DNA from: Elusimicrobiota bacterium
GTDB taxonomy: Bacteria; Elusimicrobiota; Elusimicrobia; Elusimicrobiales; UBA9959
Reading direction: 5' to 3'
NCBI GenBank assembly: GCA_003450815.1
Contig: DMES01000078.1
Location: forward strand, 175 to 64,174
DNA length: 64,000 nucleotides
Within the stretch, counting starts at the first letter, position 1, and the number at the start of each line of letters is the position of its first letter. Positions 43,405-51,343 of the stretch are shown here, piece by piece. Position numbers and translations under genes: made by a program. The notes beneath the pieces were generated by a model, which saw only the letters and a list, made by a program, of their open reading frames with translations, made no database searches and was not told the origin of the DNA.

Positions 43405-45621
43405 CTACTGCAAGTTCAGTTTATCGCTGTTAATATAACCCTCGTTCCAGTTCCCGCCGCTTACTTCGGACTTGCGGACCTTGTAATAACCATTCTTCTC
43501 GCCGGTTATTATGACTTTTTCGCCGCGGTTAACCTTGGCGATAGAATTGGAGAAGATCCCGTGGGTACCGCTCCTTACATCGGTGTCATTCTTTGACACT
43601 ACGCCGATCTTATTGGGGTTCGTTCTAGTGTACATCTGGCGGGTATCGCCGACGAGGTTGCCCTTTTCCGAGAACGTCACGTAAAGAGCGTCCGCGTCCG
43701 GCGCGACCACATCATAGAGCTTGCCGATGTTAAAGCTCACAACAGCTTTTGCGCGGCTGCCCACACCGTCGACTTTCAGATCGGGAACAAGAACTATCTC
43801 CCCGCGCTCGCTCTTGACCACTATGGCGACAACGTCCGATTTCTGGAAACCGAAGTTCCTTAGTTCGGCCTTCAGTATGATATTTTCGCTCGCCTCGAAC
43901 TTGCCGTCATTGTTCTCGTCGTAGAACGAGATATCCAGGACCTTCAGGACCGCGTTCTCGCTGTAATACTTGTCAGCCGCCGCGATACCGGACTGTTTGC
44001 CGGCTTCAAAAGCGCCGGGATACACCTCGGCTGCCGTCTTCTCGTAGCCCGCTTTGTATCCGAGTTTCGTCTGTTCTGCGGTGCCGGCAGCCCAACCTTC
44101 CTTCTGGCCGACAGCCTGGCCGTTATTCAGGCCTTGAGTGCGCTGGTCGGCATATTCCAGCTTACTGTATTGCTCATAGTAATAAGAATACGCCGAGTTA
44201 TACGCCGTATTATAAGCATCCTGGTATCCCTTCTCTTTTCCTTCGGTAAAGCCGTTCCTGTAGCTGCTTGAGAACTGAGCATCGTAGGCCCGCCTGTATG
44301 CCATCTGGTATCTTTCGTTATATCCGTCACGCTTGGCGTCATCATACGCCCGCTGGTAGCTTCTGCGATAGCCCTCCTGATAACCTGCCTCATAGGCGCG
44401 TTTCTCTTCCGGGGTTGTATACCCGTTGCGGGCCAACGCTATCGGAAGATCCGTCCTTTTGTCCATCGTCAGGGCGCTTTTTGCGAAGCCGCCCCTCTGG
44501 GCTTTGAAGCCACTCCTCATGGCCTGTATGTCGGAGAAAGAGCTTTGCAATTCGGCTTCACGCTGGCTGAAGCCGGCCTGATAGCCAGCTTTCTGCCCGT
44601 TCCCGGCTTCTATAGCCGCAGCGTCGGCCTGCCCCTTCGCGTATCCGGAGCTGTAGGAAGCGGCGTCCTGCAACCCTGCTTGTTTCGCCTCGGCAAAGGA
44701 GGTGTTGTAACCGTCAGTATATCCCTCGTCATAGCAGCGCTTCTTTCCGGCCTCGGTCCCGCTATTAGTTCCGACGTTCTGGCCGTCCAAGCTTCCTTTC
44801 TGTGTTCCCGCAGACTGATCTACGTTATAGCCGTCTCTATAACCCGATTGCCTGCCAGCGGTATCACCATCATTAATGCCGTTCCTTTGTCCGTCTCTTT
44901 CTCCGGCTTCAATACCGTCAGAGTGGCCTGCCCGTCTTCCTTCCCTGATGCCTACTTCGGAACCATCCCTTATGCCATCGTTACGCGCATGAGTGGTATC
45001 TACCGGCACAGGCGGCTGTGGAGGCTGGGGTGGCTGGCCGCCGTGATTGCCACCGGGCTGGCCGCCATGATTACCGCCGGGCTGACCGCCTGGGTTACCG
45101 CCAGGCTGGCCGCCGCCCGGGAAACCGCCGTGGTCATTACTGGGGCCACCGGGGTTACCGCCGGGCTGACCGCCGTGATTGCCGCCGGGCTGACCACCGG
45201 GGTTACCGCCAGGCTGGCCGCCATGATTGCCGCCCGGGAAACCGCCGTGGTCATTTCCGGGGCCGCCTGGGTTACCGCCGGGTTGGCCGCCGTGATTGCC
45301 ACCGGGCTGACCACCGGGTTGACCGCCGGGCTGGCCGCCAGGCTGGCCGCCATGATTGCCGCCCGGGAAACCGCCGTGGTCATTTCCGGGGCCGCCTGGG
45401 TTACCGCCGGGCCCGCCGCCATGATTGCCACCGGGCTGCCCAGGCTGCCACCCTTGGGGCGGTGGCTTGCCTGGAAAAGCTTTTTGTTCTTGTATGATTT
45501 GCTTAAGACTGTCGCTAACATCCGACAGTTGCATGACAGACCCGTTGTCTGAGGCCAATACCACACCCGAGGCCATTAGAAGATAGGGTACCAACGTCGC
45601 CGCGCAGAATGTTTTTTTCAT
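43405..45621 (-). CDS. secreted Gly/Pro/His-rich repeat protein with G-Y-rich central repeats and C-terminal SH3b-like domain
   Basis: Signal peptide. About 150 aa of GGNHGGQPGGNPGGPGNDHGGFPGG repeats. A long region of D/E-G-Y/R short repeats (YEAGYQEGYRRSYQRAYDDAKRDGY). The C-terminus GEKNGYYKVRK..GYINSDKL resembles bacterial SH3. AGGAGA RBS. Confidence 0.75.
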   Translation of the reverse strand: MKKTFCAATLVPYLLMASGVVLASDNGSVMQLSDVSDSLKQIIQEQKAFPGKPPPQGWQPGQPGGNHGGGPGGNPGGPGNDHGGFPGGNHGGQPGGQPGGQPGGQPGGNHGGQPGGNPGGPGNDHGGFPGGNHGGQPGGNPGGQPGGNHGGQPGGNPGGPSNDHGGFPGGGQPGGNPGGQPGGNHGGQPGGNHGGQPPQPPQPPVPVDTTHARNDGIRDGSEVGIREGRRAGHSDGIEAGERDGQRNGINDGDTAGRQSGYRDGYNVDQSAGTQKGSLDGQNVGTNSGTEAGKKRCYDEGYTDGYNTSFAEAKQAGLQDAASYSSGYAKGQADAAAIEAGNGQKAGYQAGFSQREAELQSSFSDIQAMRSGFKAQRGGFAKSALTMDKRTDLPIALARNGYTTPEEKRAYEAGYQEGYRRSYQRAYDDAKRDGYNERYQMAYRRAYDAQFSSSYRNGFTEGKEKGYQDAYNTAYNSAYSYYYEQYSKLEYADQRTQGLNNGQAVGQKEGWAAGTAEQTKLGYKAGYEKTAAEVYPGAFEAGKQSGIAAADKYYSENAVLKVLDISFYDENNDGKFEASENIILKAELRNFGFQKSDVVAIVVKSERGEIVLVPDLKVDGVGSRAKAVVSFNIGKLYDVVAPDADALYVTFSEKGNLVGDTRQMYTRTNPNKIGVVSKNDTDVRSGTHGIFSNSIAKVNRGEKVIITGEKNGYYKVRKSEVSGGNWNEGYINSDKLNLQ
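45000..45456. repeat. coding tandem repeats (about 120-nt period with nested 15-nt GGxPG-type sub-repeats)
   Basis: Blocks such as ccgcccgggaaaccgccgtggtcatttccggggccgcctgggttaccgccggg recur at about 45232 and 45360. The region is GC-rich. Confidence 0.85.
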
Positions 45622-45883
45622 TACTGTTCTCCTGGGTTCCGGATTTCCGGAACTTTATTAAGCTGATAAGATATTGTAGCCGAACCCTCTGCGGATATAA
45701 AGAGCATAAAGGCCCTGTGTTTCGGGGAAAATGGCCCGCAAGATATAGGCCCTTTGGCCCTAGGTGGGGCCGTGCTAACCCGGATTAGTTCCGCTTTAGT
45801 AGACGGCCTTTCTTTGGCGCACATCCCGCCCCCTCACTGGAAAAAAGTTAAGATGTTTCTTCTGAGCCATAAAATCCAAAGTG

Positions 45884-45916
45884 ATACAAAACCCTTAGAA
45901 AGTAAGGGTTTTGTAT
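45884..45916 (-). terminator. 14-bp perfect stem-loop (ATACAAAACCCTTA/TAAGGGTTTTGTAT)
   Basis: On the minus strand it is followed by CACTTTGGATTTTAT. It lies downstream of brnA, in a 467-bp non-coding gap. Confidence 0.5.
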
Positions 45917-46088
45917 AGCCTGCCCCCGGCCCCACCTCCCAGAGTTGCGAAAATGCTACGAAGGCGAACAAATGGGGAGGTGGCCAAAGATTATGAGTAA
46001 TATCAGGTACACCTTATTTTACTTGGTAATATAAGGCAGATGGGAAGGAGAATACGCGGGGGCTGGCGTCCCCGTGTGTTACTAAGAG

Positions 46089-46382
46089 CTACTTGTGCGT
46101 GGAGTGATGAGCGTGATGCCCGGTCGCACGCTGCATGAGTATTTCGTTAATAAGCGTCTGATAGCCGATGCCGCGATGCTTTGCCTGAGTGTGTGCCCAT
46201 TCAAGCACTTTGGGATTGAGCCGGATCTGAATGGACTTGTATTTATCAAGTCCCTTCAAGGGCCGCCCACGGGAAGGCCTTTTGACTCCGAGTTTGGCTT
46301 CAATAGCTTTCCGGGCCATCTCCACCTCTTTACCCGTGACTCGATGCGCCTGTTTAAAGGGGAATTCCTTTATTTTGTTCAT
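46089..46382 (-). CDS. brnA: BrnA-like antitoxin (CopG/RHH-type C-terminus)
   Basis: RGRPLKGLDKYKSIQIRLNPKVLEWAHTQAKHRGIGYQTLINEIL pattern. The ATG at 46382 follows GGAGGC. Confidence 0.7.
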   Translation of the reverse strand: MNKIKEFPFKQAHRVTGKEVEMARKAIEAKLGVKRPSRGRPLKGLDKYKSIQIRLNPKVLEWAHTQAKHRGIGYQTLINEILMQRATGHHAHHSTHK

Positions 46383-46529
46383 ATTGCCTCCTTTCACTAC
46401 GATTGGCTTTTCTTGCGCTGATAATCCGAAAGACATCTCCCGGCTCTCGGATTGTAAAGACGATCACTAAAACGCCAAGTGTTTAACGGCATTCGCTTCG
46501 CCCTTTTTTACATCCCAGGTAAAGTCCAT
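46383..46529 (-). pseudogene. brnT: BrnT-like toxin remnant with internal deletion/premature stop
   Basis: Hand-translated. MDFTWDVKKGEANAVKHLAF* (N-terminal BrnT-like) is followed, in another frame, by IVFTIREPGDVFRIISARKANRSERRQY (BrnT C-terminal motif RIISARKA). The central part is missing. Confidence 0.6.
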
Positions 46530-46777
46530 AATTACAGTATATACCATAATTCACTGGATTTCAAGTGGGTTTTTAAAAATCTCTACCTCTGTCCCCTCAG
46601 AGGTGTGAAAGTGCTGCTTTTGCGACGCTCAAACAAGAAACAGGGGGATTGCCCGAAGAGAGAGGAAAAAGGGCTCTGGACTTTTGCGACACGGGAAAGA
46701 TGTTGACTCAATTCGCCGAATTCTATGTCATAAATAAAGCGGTCCAAATATCCCTAATATCAATTTCCCGGATTATC

Positions 46778-47314
46778 TCAGAACAATTTTTTAAAATCCG
46801 GCCAGCCGTAGGCTACCTCCGCCAACTCTATCCCCCCGAAAGTCTGGGTTTTCCTGCCAGGAAGCAGGATTCCTCCTATCGATTCATAATAGTGCCGTGT
46901 GGGATTGTTTTCCAGCACCTATAGGTACATGCCGCAGTAACTATTTTCGAGGAGCCACCGTGCGAAATGTTTTGTCAGAAGGCGGCCAAGGCCCTTATGG
47001 TGATATTTTTTTAACAGGTAGATGGCGTACATTTCTCCGTCGTAATTTCCGATCTTTTCCCGTGCCTTGCCGCCTCCTGAAAAGCCTATAATCTCCATCC
47101 CGTCGAGAACGGCAAAATTTTTCTGTCCTGAATCTGGGGACAGCCGTTTTATCCAGCCTTGCAGAGCTTTTTCATGCGTCTGCCCGTCCAGCACGGAATC
47201 CGGCATTATTCCCTTATAGGTTTCTTGCCAGGCGTCAATATGCACCTTTGCCAGCCCTGCTGCATCCTTGTGTGTGGCGGCCCGCACAATAAATTTATTT
47301 TCTGATGTATTCAT
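46778..47314 (-). pseudogene. GNAT N-acetyltransferase interrupted by an in-frame TAG
   Basis: The 131-aa ORF ends ...CGMYL* at 46919-46921. The same frame continues VLENNPTRHYYESIGGILLPGRKTQTFGGIELAEVAYGWPDFKKLF*, a typical GNAT C-terminus. The acetyl-CoA motif HHKGLGRLL is present. Confidence 0.65.
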
Positions 47315-47353
47315 AAGTCAATTTATCAGTCCAGAATCTGGAAAATTAGTCCG

Positions 47354-47872
47354 TTATTTAAACGAGCTAATTTTCCGGGCTATAAGGGCCGCTGTCCCGG
47401 CCGGCGTGCGCCCGGTGGTGTTTATTATTAAGTCTGAGAGCCGGTAGAACGGCAGTCTTTTGGAGTAAAGTTTTTTGGCGCGCCTGCGCGCCTGCTCCCA
47501 GTTGCCGCGAAGCCGCGGCCTTGGGCCGCGGGCGGCCTTAAGCCTTTTTTCAAGCTCCGCCCAGAGGCAATGCAGGTAAATAGTAAAGCCGGTGGTTTTA
47601 AGGAGCTTGGCCCATCTGCGAGAGGGATAAATCCCGCCGCCCAAAGCCGCCACCAATCCCTGTTTCCCGGCCATTTCGCGCATCGCTCCGGTTTCAAGGT
47701 CCCTGAAAGCTTTTAATCCTTTTGTGGTTACCAGCTTGCTTATTTTCATCCCTGCTTTTTTTTCAACTATGAGGTCCGAATCCGCGAACCTGCGTTTCAG
47801 CCGCCGCGCCAGGATTTTGCCGGTTGAGGTTTTGCCGGCGCACATAAAGCCGGTAAGATAAATATTCTTCAT
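47354..47872 (-). CDS. aroK: shikimate kinase
   Basis: IYLTGFMCAGKTSTGK P-loop. The ATG at 47872 overlaps the aroC TGA. Confidence 0.88.
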   Translation of the reverse strand: MKNIYLTGFMCAGKTSTGKILARRLKRRFADSDLIVEKKAGMKISKLVTTKGLKAFRDLETGAMREMAGKQGLVAALGGGIYPSRRWAKLLKTTGFTIYLHCLWAELEKRLKAARGPRPRLRGNWEQARRRAKKLYSKRLPFYRLSDLIINTTGRTPAGTAALIARKISSFK

Positions 47873-48936
47873 CGCTTGGCAGGCCGTCTGACGGCCATAG
47901 GCATTGATACGGCACAGCCATAGGCTAGTTTTTTTCCGGTTTTTAACCGCCATAGTTTAACCCGTTGTTTTATTTCCTCAAAAGTGTCGCCGCCGAATTT
48001 TTCAAGCAAGGCTCCGGCAAGCGTAAGCGCGGCCGCGTGTTCCGCTATAACGGCAGCGGCAAAAACAGCTGTGGTGTCGGAGGTTTTGGAAACAGCCTCG
48101 GTGTTTTTGAAGGTTTTCAGGTTTATGGATGGAGTGCCGGCTTTAAGTCCGGGCACGGGTTTTATTGCGCAGCGCATTACCAAAGCGCGGCCGTTAGTCA
48201 CTCCGCCGTCAAGCCCGCCCGATAGTTCGGGGGTTTTAGCGGCTGCAAGGCCGCTTAGGGTCGCAAGCTTAAAACCGCCGCCCAGTTCAAAACCCTTAAC
48301 TCCGTTTACGCTCATAAGCGCGGCGGCCATCCGGGAGGTTAACTTTGCGTCCCACTGGTTAAAATTACCAAGGCCCGCTGGCAGATTCTCCGCCGTAATT
48401 TCAAAGACTCCTCCCAGAGTGTCACCGGCCGCACGCGCCCGTTTAAGCTCAACCGCTGCGCTTTGGGCCGTAATTTCATTAAGTCCGCCTAAAGATACTA
48501 TTCTTGAATTTATACAGACGCCCAGAAGTTCATTAAGGCGCAGGGCGAAAGAACCCAAAGCCACCCTGGCTGCGGTTTCGCGGGCGCTGGCGCGCTCGCG
48601 TATAAGGGCGGCGTTTAAAGTGTCGTATTTCAGCATTCCCGCCAGATCGGCGTGTCCCGGCCTTGGAACGCTTGAAAAAGGCAATTCGTTAAAAACCTTG
48701 ATGTTTTTTATCAGTACTGTTATGGGCGCGCCGGTGGTTATTTCCTTTTGTATGCCGGAAACTACTTCAAAAGAGTCGGTTTCAATGGCCTGGCGCGCAC
48801 TCCTGCCCGGCGCCTGGCGGCGGCGTTTCAGTTGTGCGGCTATATATTGCTTTGTAACGCGCACGCCTGCCGGGAACCCCTCTAAAATACCGGCCAGATA
48901 TTTACCGTGCGACTCACCGGCGGTAAGGTATCTCAT
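47869..48936 (-). CDS. aroC: chorismate synthase
   Basis: MRYLTAGESHG N-terminus, RPGHAD motif, 355 aa. Confidence 0.93.
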   Translation of the reverse strand: MRYLTAGESHGKYLAGILEGFPAGVRVTKQYIAAQLKRRRQAPGRSARQAIETDSFEVVSGIQKEITTGAPITVLIKNIKVFNELPFSSVPRPGHADLAGMLKYDTLNAALIRERASARETAARVALGSFALRLNELLGVCINSRIVSLGGLNEITAQSAAVELKRARAAGDTLGGVFEITAENLPAGLGNFNQWDAKLTSRMAAALMSVNGVKGFELGGGFKLATLSGLAAAKTPELSGGLDGGVTNGRALVMRCAIKPVPGLKAGTPSINLKTFKNTEAVSKTSDTTAVFAAAVIAEHAAALTLAGALLEKFGGDTFEEIKQRVKLWRLKTGKKLAYGCAVSMPMAVRRPAKR

Positions 48937-48968
48937 GTAATCTCCTGTTTAGCGAATAGTGAATGCTG

Positions 48969-49078
48969 GTTGCAAGTCACAAGTCTCATGTCACAAGTAA
49001 GAAGCTGAAGGAAGAATACAGCATCTTCAATCTTAAATCTTGGATCCGGAATCTTGAATTGTCAATCTTTTCATCGTT
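48969..49078. repeat. degenerate heptad repeats of opposite polarity (NNNCAAG then CTTGNNN/AATCTTG) between aroE and aroC
   Basis: Left arm: ttgcaag tcacaag tctcatg tcacaag taagaag. Right arm: aatctta aatcttg gatccgg aatcttg aattgtc. The right arm encodes the last 12 aa of aroE. Confidence 0.65.
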
Positions 49079-49884
49079 TCCCGCTTAAATTTTACTATTT
49101 CCGCGATGTGTTTATTTGTCCAGAATTCAAGCGAGCGCGCGGCCTGGTACACCAGTATTTCCTTGCCGTCTATTATTGTTTTGGCGCAGGCCATGCGCGC
49201 CGAACGGAGAAACCCGGTTTCGTCTCCCAGGTAAGCCAGGTCGCAATAAGCGGCCTTCCTGTTAAATATGGCGTTTATCCGACCGTACGCGTACATTCCA
49301 ACAGGTGTGGCATTTATGAAAATATCGGCTTTTTCGGATTTTTCAGTGAAGCGGCGGACCTTAAATACGACCTTAGGGAAAAGTGCGGAAAATTCAGCGG
49401 CAAGAGCGCGCGCTTTTTTGGTATCGCGGTTATGCAGGCTTATTTCCCCAGCCTTATTGCCAGCCAGGAACCAGAGGGCGGCTTTTGCCGCCCCGCCGGC
49501 GCCCCAGACAACGGCGGTTTTGCCTTTTACCGTAAATTTTTTTTCACGAAAAGTGTCGGAGAGCGCCCGTGTGTCGGTGTTAATTCCCGCCATACCGTTT
49601 TTGTCAAATTTCAGCGTGTTGGCGGCTTTCACGCTGAAAACCGCCTGATCTGAAGCTGTTAAAAAACCGGTTATGGCTTCTTTAAGAGGCAGTGTTACAT
49701 TTACCCCGGTCCAGCCGGCAGAGCGCAGCCGCTTTAAAGTATGCGCCAGGTCTTTTTCGCGCGTTTCATGCAGGGAGTAGGATATTTTAAAGCCGGTAAG
49801 CTCTGAGAATATTTTAAAAATTTCAGGCGAGAGGGAGTTTTTAAGCGGGTAGCCTATCAGGCCGATTTTAAGCATTTTCATCAC
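49033..49884 (-). CDS. aroE: shikimate dehydrogenase
   Basis: LIGYPLKNSLSP N-terminus, GAGGAAKA NADP motif, 283 aa. Confidence 0.9.
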   Translation of the reverse strand: MMKMLKIGLIGYPLKNSLSPEIFKIFSELTGFKISYSLHETREKDLAHTLKRLRSAGWTGVNVTLPLKEAITGFLTASDQAVFSVKAANTLKFDKNGMAGINTDTRALSDTFREKKFTVKGKTAVVWGAGGAAKAALWFLAGNKAGEISLHNRDTKKARALAAEFSALFPKVVFKVRRFTEKSEKADIFINATPVGMYAYGRINAIFNRKAAYCDLAYLGDETGFLRSARMACAKTIIDGKEILVYQAARSLEFWTNKHIAEIVKFKRETMKRLTIQDSGSKI

Positions 49885-50870
49885 CCGTGGAGTTTGGTTG
49901 TTTTTTTTACCAGTGCGCCGAAAGCTGGGAGACCAAGGGTCTGTGCGCCGTCCACCAGGGCTGTTTCGGGGGAGACGCTGGCCTCTATTAAAAGGCCGTC
50001 CGCGCCGGAGGCGGCGGCTTCAAGTGCGAAGCGCTCCGCCAGAATCCGGTTTTTTGAGGAATGGCTGGGGTCGGTGAGTACCGGCAAGCCTGAAGCGGAT
50101 TTTGCTTTGCGCATAAGTTCCAGGTTAAGGCCGGTTTTGCCGCTGGTAAAAGTGGAATCGCCTCTTTCGCAGAGTATCAGGGTTTTGCAGCCGTACTTAA
50201 GCAGGTATTCCGCCGACAACAGCCATTCTCCAAGGGTGGAGAGCATCGCCCGTTTTAAAAGGGCCGGTTTGCCGCTGCGGCCTATCTCCTTAAGCAGTTC
50301 GTAATTGCGCATATTGCGGGCGCCTATTTGTATGATGTCCACCGCGCCGGAAAGCTTTTCTATCTGGCGGGTGTCGGTAGCTTCCGTTACCAGCGGCAGG
50401 CCGGTAAGCTTTTTGGCTTTTAAAATTATTGGGAGGCCCTTAAAACCTATGCCCTGGAAGGTATATGGCGAAGAACGCGGTTTAAAAAGTGCGGCTCTGA
50501 GCGCGTGTGCCCCCGCTTTTTTGAGCGCGAGCGCGGAGGCCAGATAATTCTTTTCATTTTCAACAGCGCATGGTCCGGCTATATAGATAAATCGGTTTTT
50601 TACAAAATTAAGCGGCCGCTCGGGCAGGGGGTGGCCTTTTGTCCGCATTGCCAGCGGGCAGAGTTCGTCTATTTCAAACTCTACCTTGCTGACGCCGGGT
50701 ATATTCTCTATGAACGCGGCAACTTCGGCTGTTTTTTCAGCTTTTAAGCCTGTAACAAGTATTTGGTCTTTTACGGTTTCAAGATTTGCGCCCGCAAGCG
50801 GCTGAGCCAACTTCCTTTTCAGAATTCCTATGCGGCGTGGGGAGAGCACGTGTGTGAGTTTTATTATCAT
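49881..50870 (-). CDS. aroF: 3-deoxy-7-phosphoheptulonate (DAHP) synthase, type I-beta with N-terminal regulatory domain
   Basis: KDO8PS-like TIM-barrel patterns (IAGPCAVE, LVTEATD, IGARNM, DPSHS). Extra N-terminal domain of about 80 aa. aro cluster context. Confidence 0.85.
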   Translation of the reverse strand: MIIKLTHVLSPRRIGILKRKLAQPLAGANLETVKDQILVTGLKAEKTAEVAAFIENIPGVSKVEFEIDELCPLAMRTKGHPLPERPLNFVKNRFIYIAGPCAVENEKNYLASALALKKAGAHALRAALFKPRSSPYTFQGIGFKGLPIILKAKKLTGLPLVTEATDTRQIEKLSGAVDIIQIGARNMRNYELLKEIGRSGKPALLKRAMLSTLGEWLLSAEYLLKYGCKTLILCERGDSTFTSGKTGLNLELMRKAKSASGLPVLTDPSHSSKNRILAERFALEAAASGADGLLIEASVSPETALVDGAQTLGLPAFGALVKKTTKLHG

Positions 50871-51121
50871 TTTCTCACCTGCAAGCGCCTAGTCTGTCTG
50901 ATAATTACCTCAAATATTTTTTGCACCGGCTTTCTGAAAGCCGCGCGGCCTGCGTTTTTTTGTGCTTTTGAAAGCACCTCTTTTTCGCGGGCGCGGTCTA
51001 CTACCCGTTTTTTAAGTTTTTTCAGCGAAAGCGCCAGAACAAAACGTCCGGCCAGCAAGCGGGCAATTTTCTTATCAATTAAATCTATTTTTGCCCTTTT
51101 TCTTTTGAGCTTATTGCGCAT
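50867..51121 (-). CDS. chorismate mutase (AroQ class)
   Basis: 84 aa, helical. IDLIDKKIARLLAGR matches the R..ID.iD..l..Ll..R motif. Overlaps the DAHP synthase start. Confidence 0.75.
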   Translation of the reverse strand: MRNKLKRKRAKIDLIDKKIARLLAGRFVLALSLKKLKKRVVDRAREKEVLSKAQKNAGRAAFRKPVQKIFEVIIRQTRRLQVRK

Positions 51122-51343
51122 TTGTAAATTCTATTAAATTTAGGTGGCGGGGTCATTGTAAAACCATGTGTAACTACTGCTATAGCCACATTTTGCTCCT
51201 GTAGTGGCAAAGCTTGCTTTGCCCTTTTACGCAGAGCAAGCTCAGTCGCGGACAGCGCCAGAGGCCCGCGACAGGCCAGTGTCACTGCAACTACGCTGAC
51301 ATGTGAGAGAATCATGATTCCAAAACTATTGTAAAATAGTCTT

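Noticed and set aside
45000-45456. Regularly spaced repeats that could superficially suggest a CRISPR array
   Set aside because: The repeats are contiguous, in-frame coding repeats with no unique spacers, and they lie inside a well-supported CDS.
44545-45552. 335-aa plus-strand ORF and other ORFs (45000-45566 minus, 45018-45497 plus) over the Gly/Pro repeat
   Set aside because: Repeat-driven open frames arise in all phases of the GC-rich tandem repeat. Only the 738-aa minus-strand frame has a signal peptide, an SD, a terminator and non-repetitive domains.
47984-48940. 318-aa plus-strand ORF
   Set aside because: It is antisense to aroC (chorismate synthase), which has the canonical N-terminus and full length. 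The product is Ala/Ser/Pro-rich and has no motifs.
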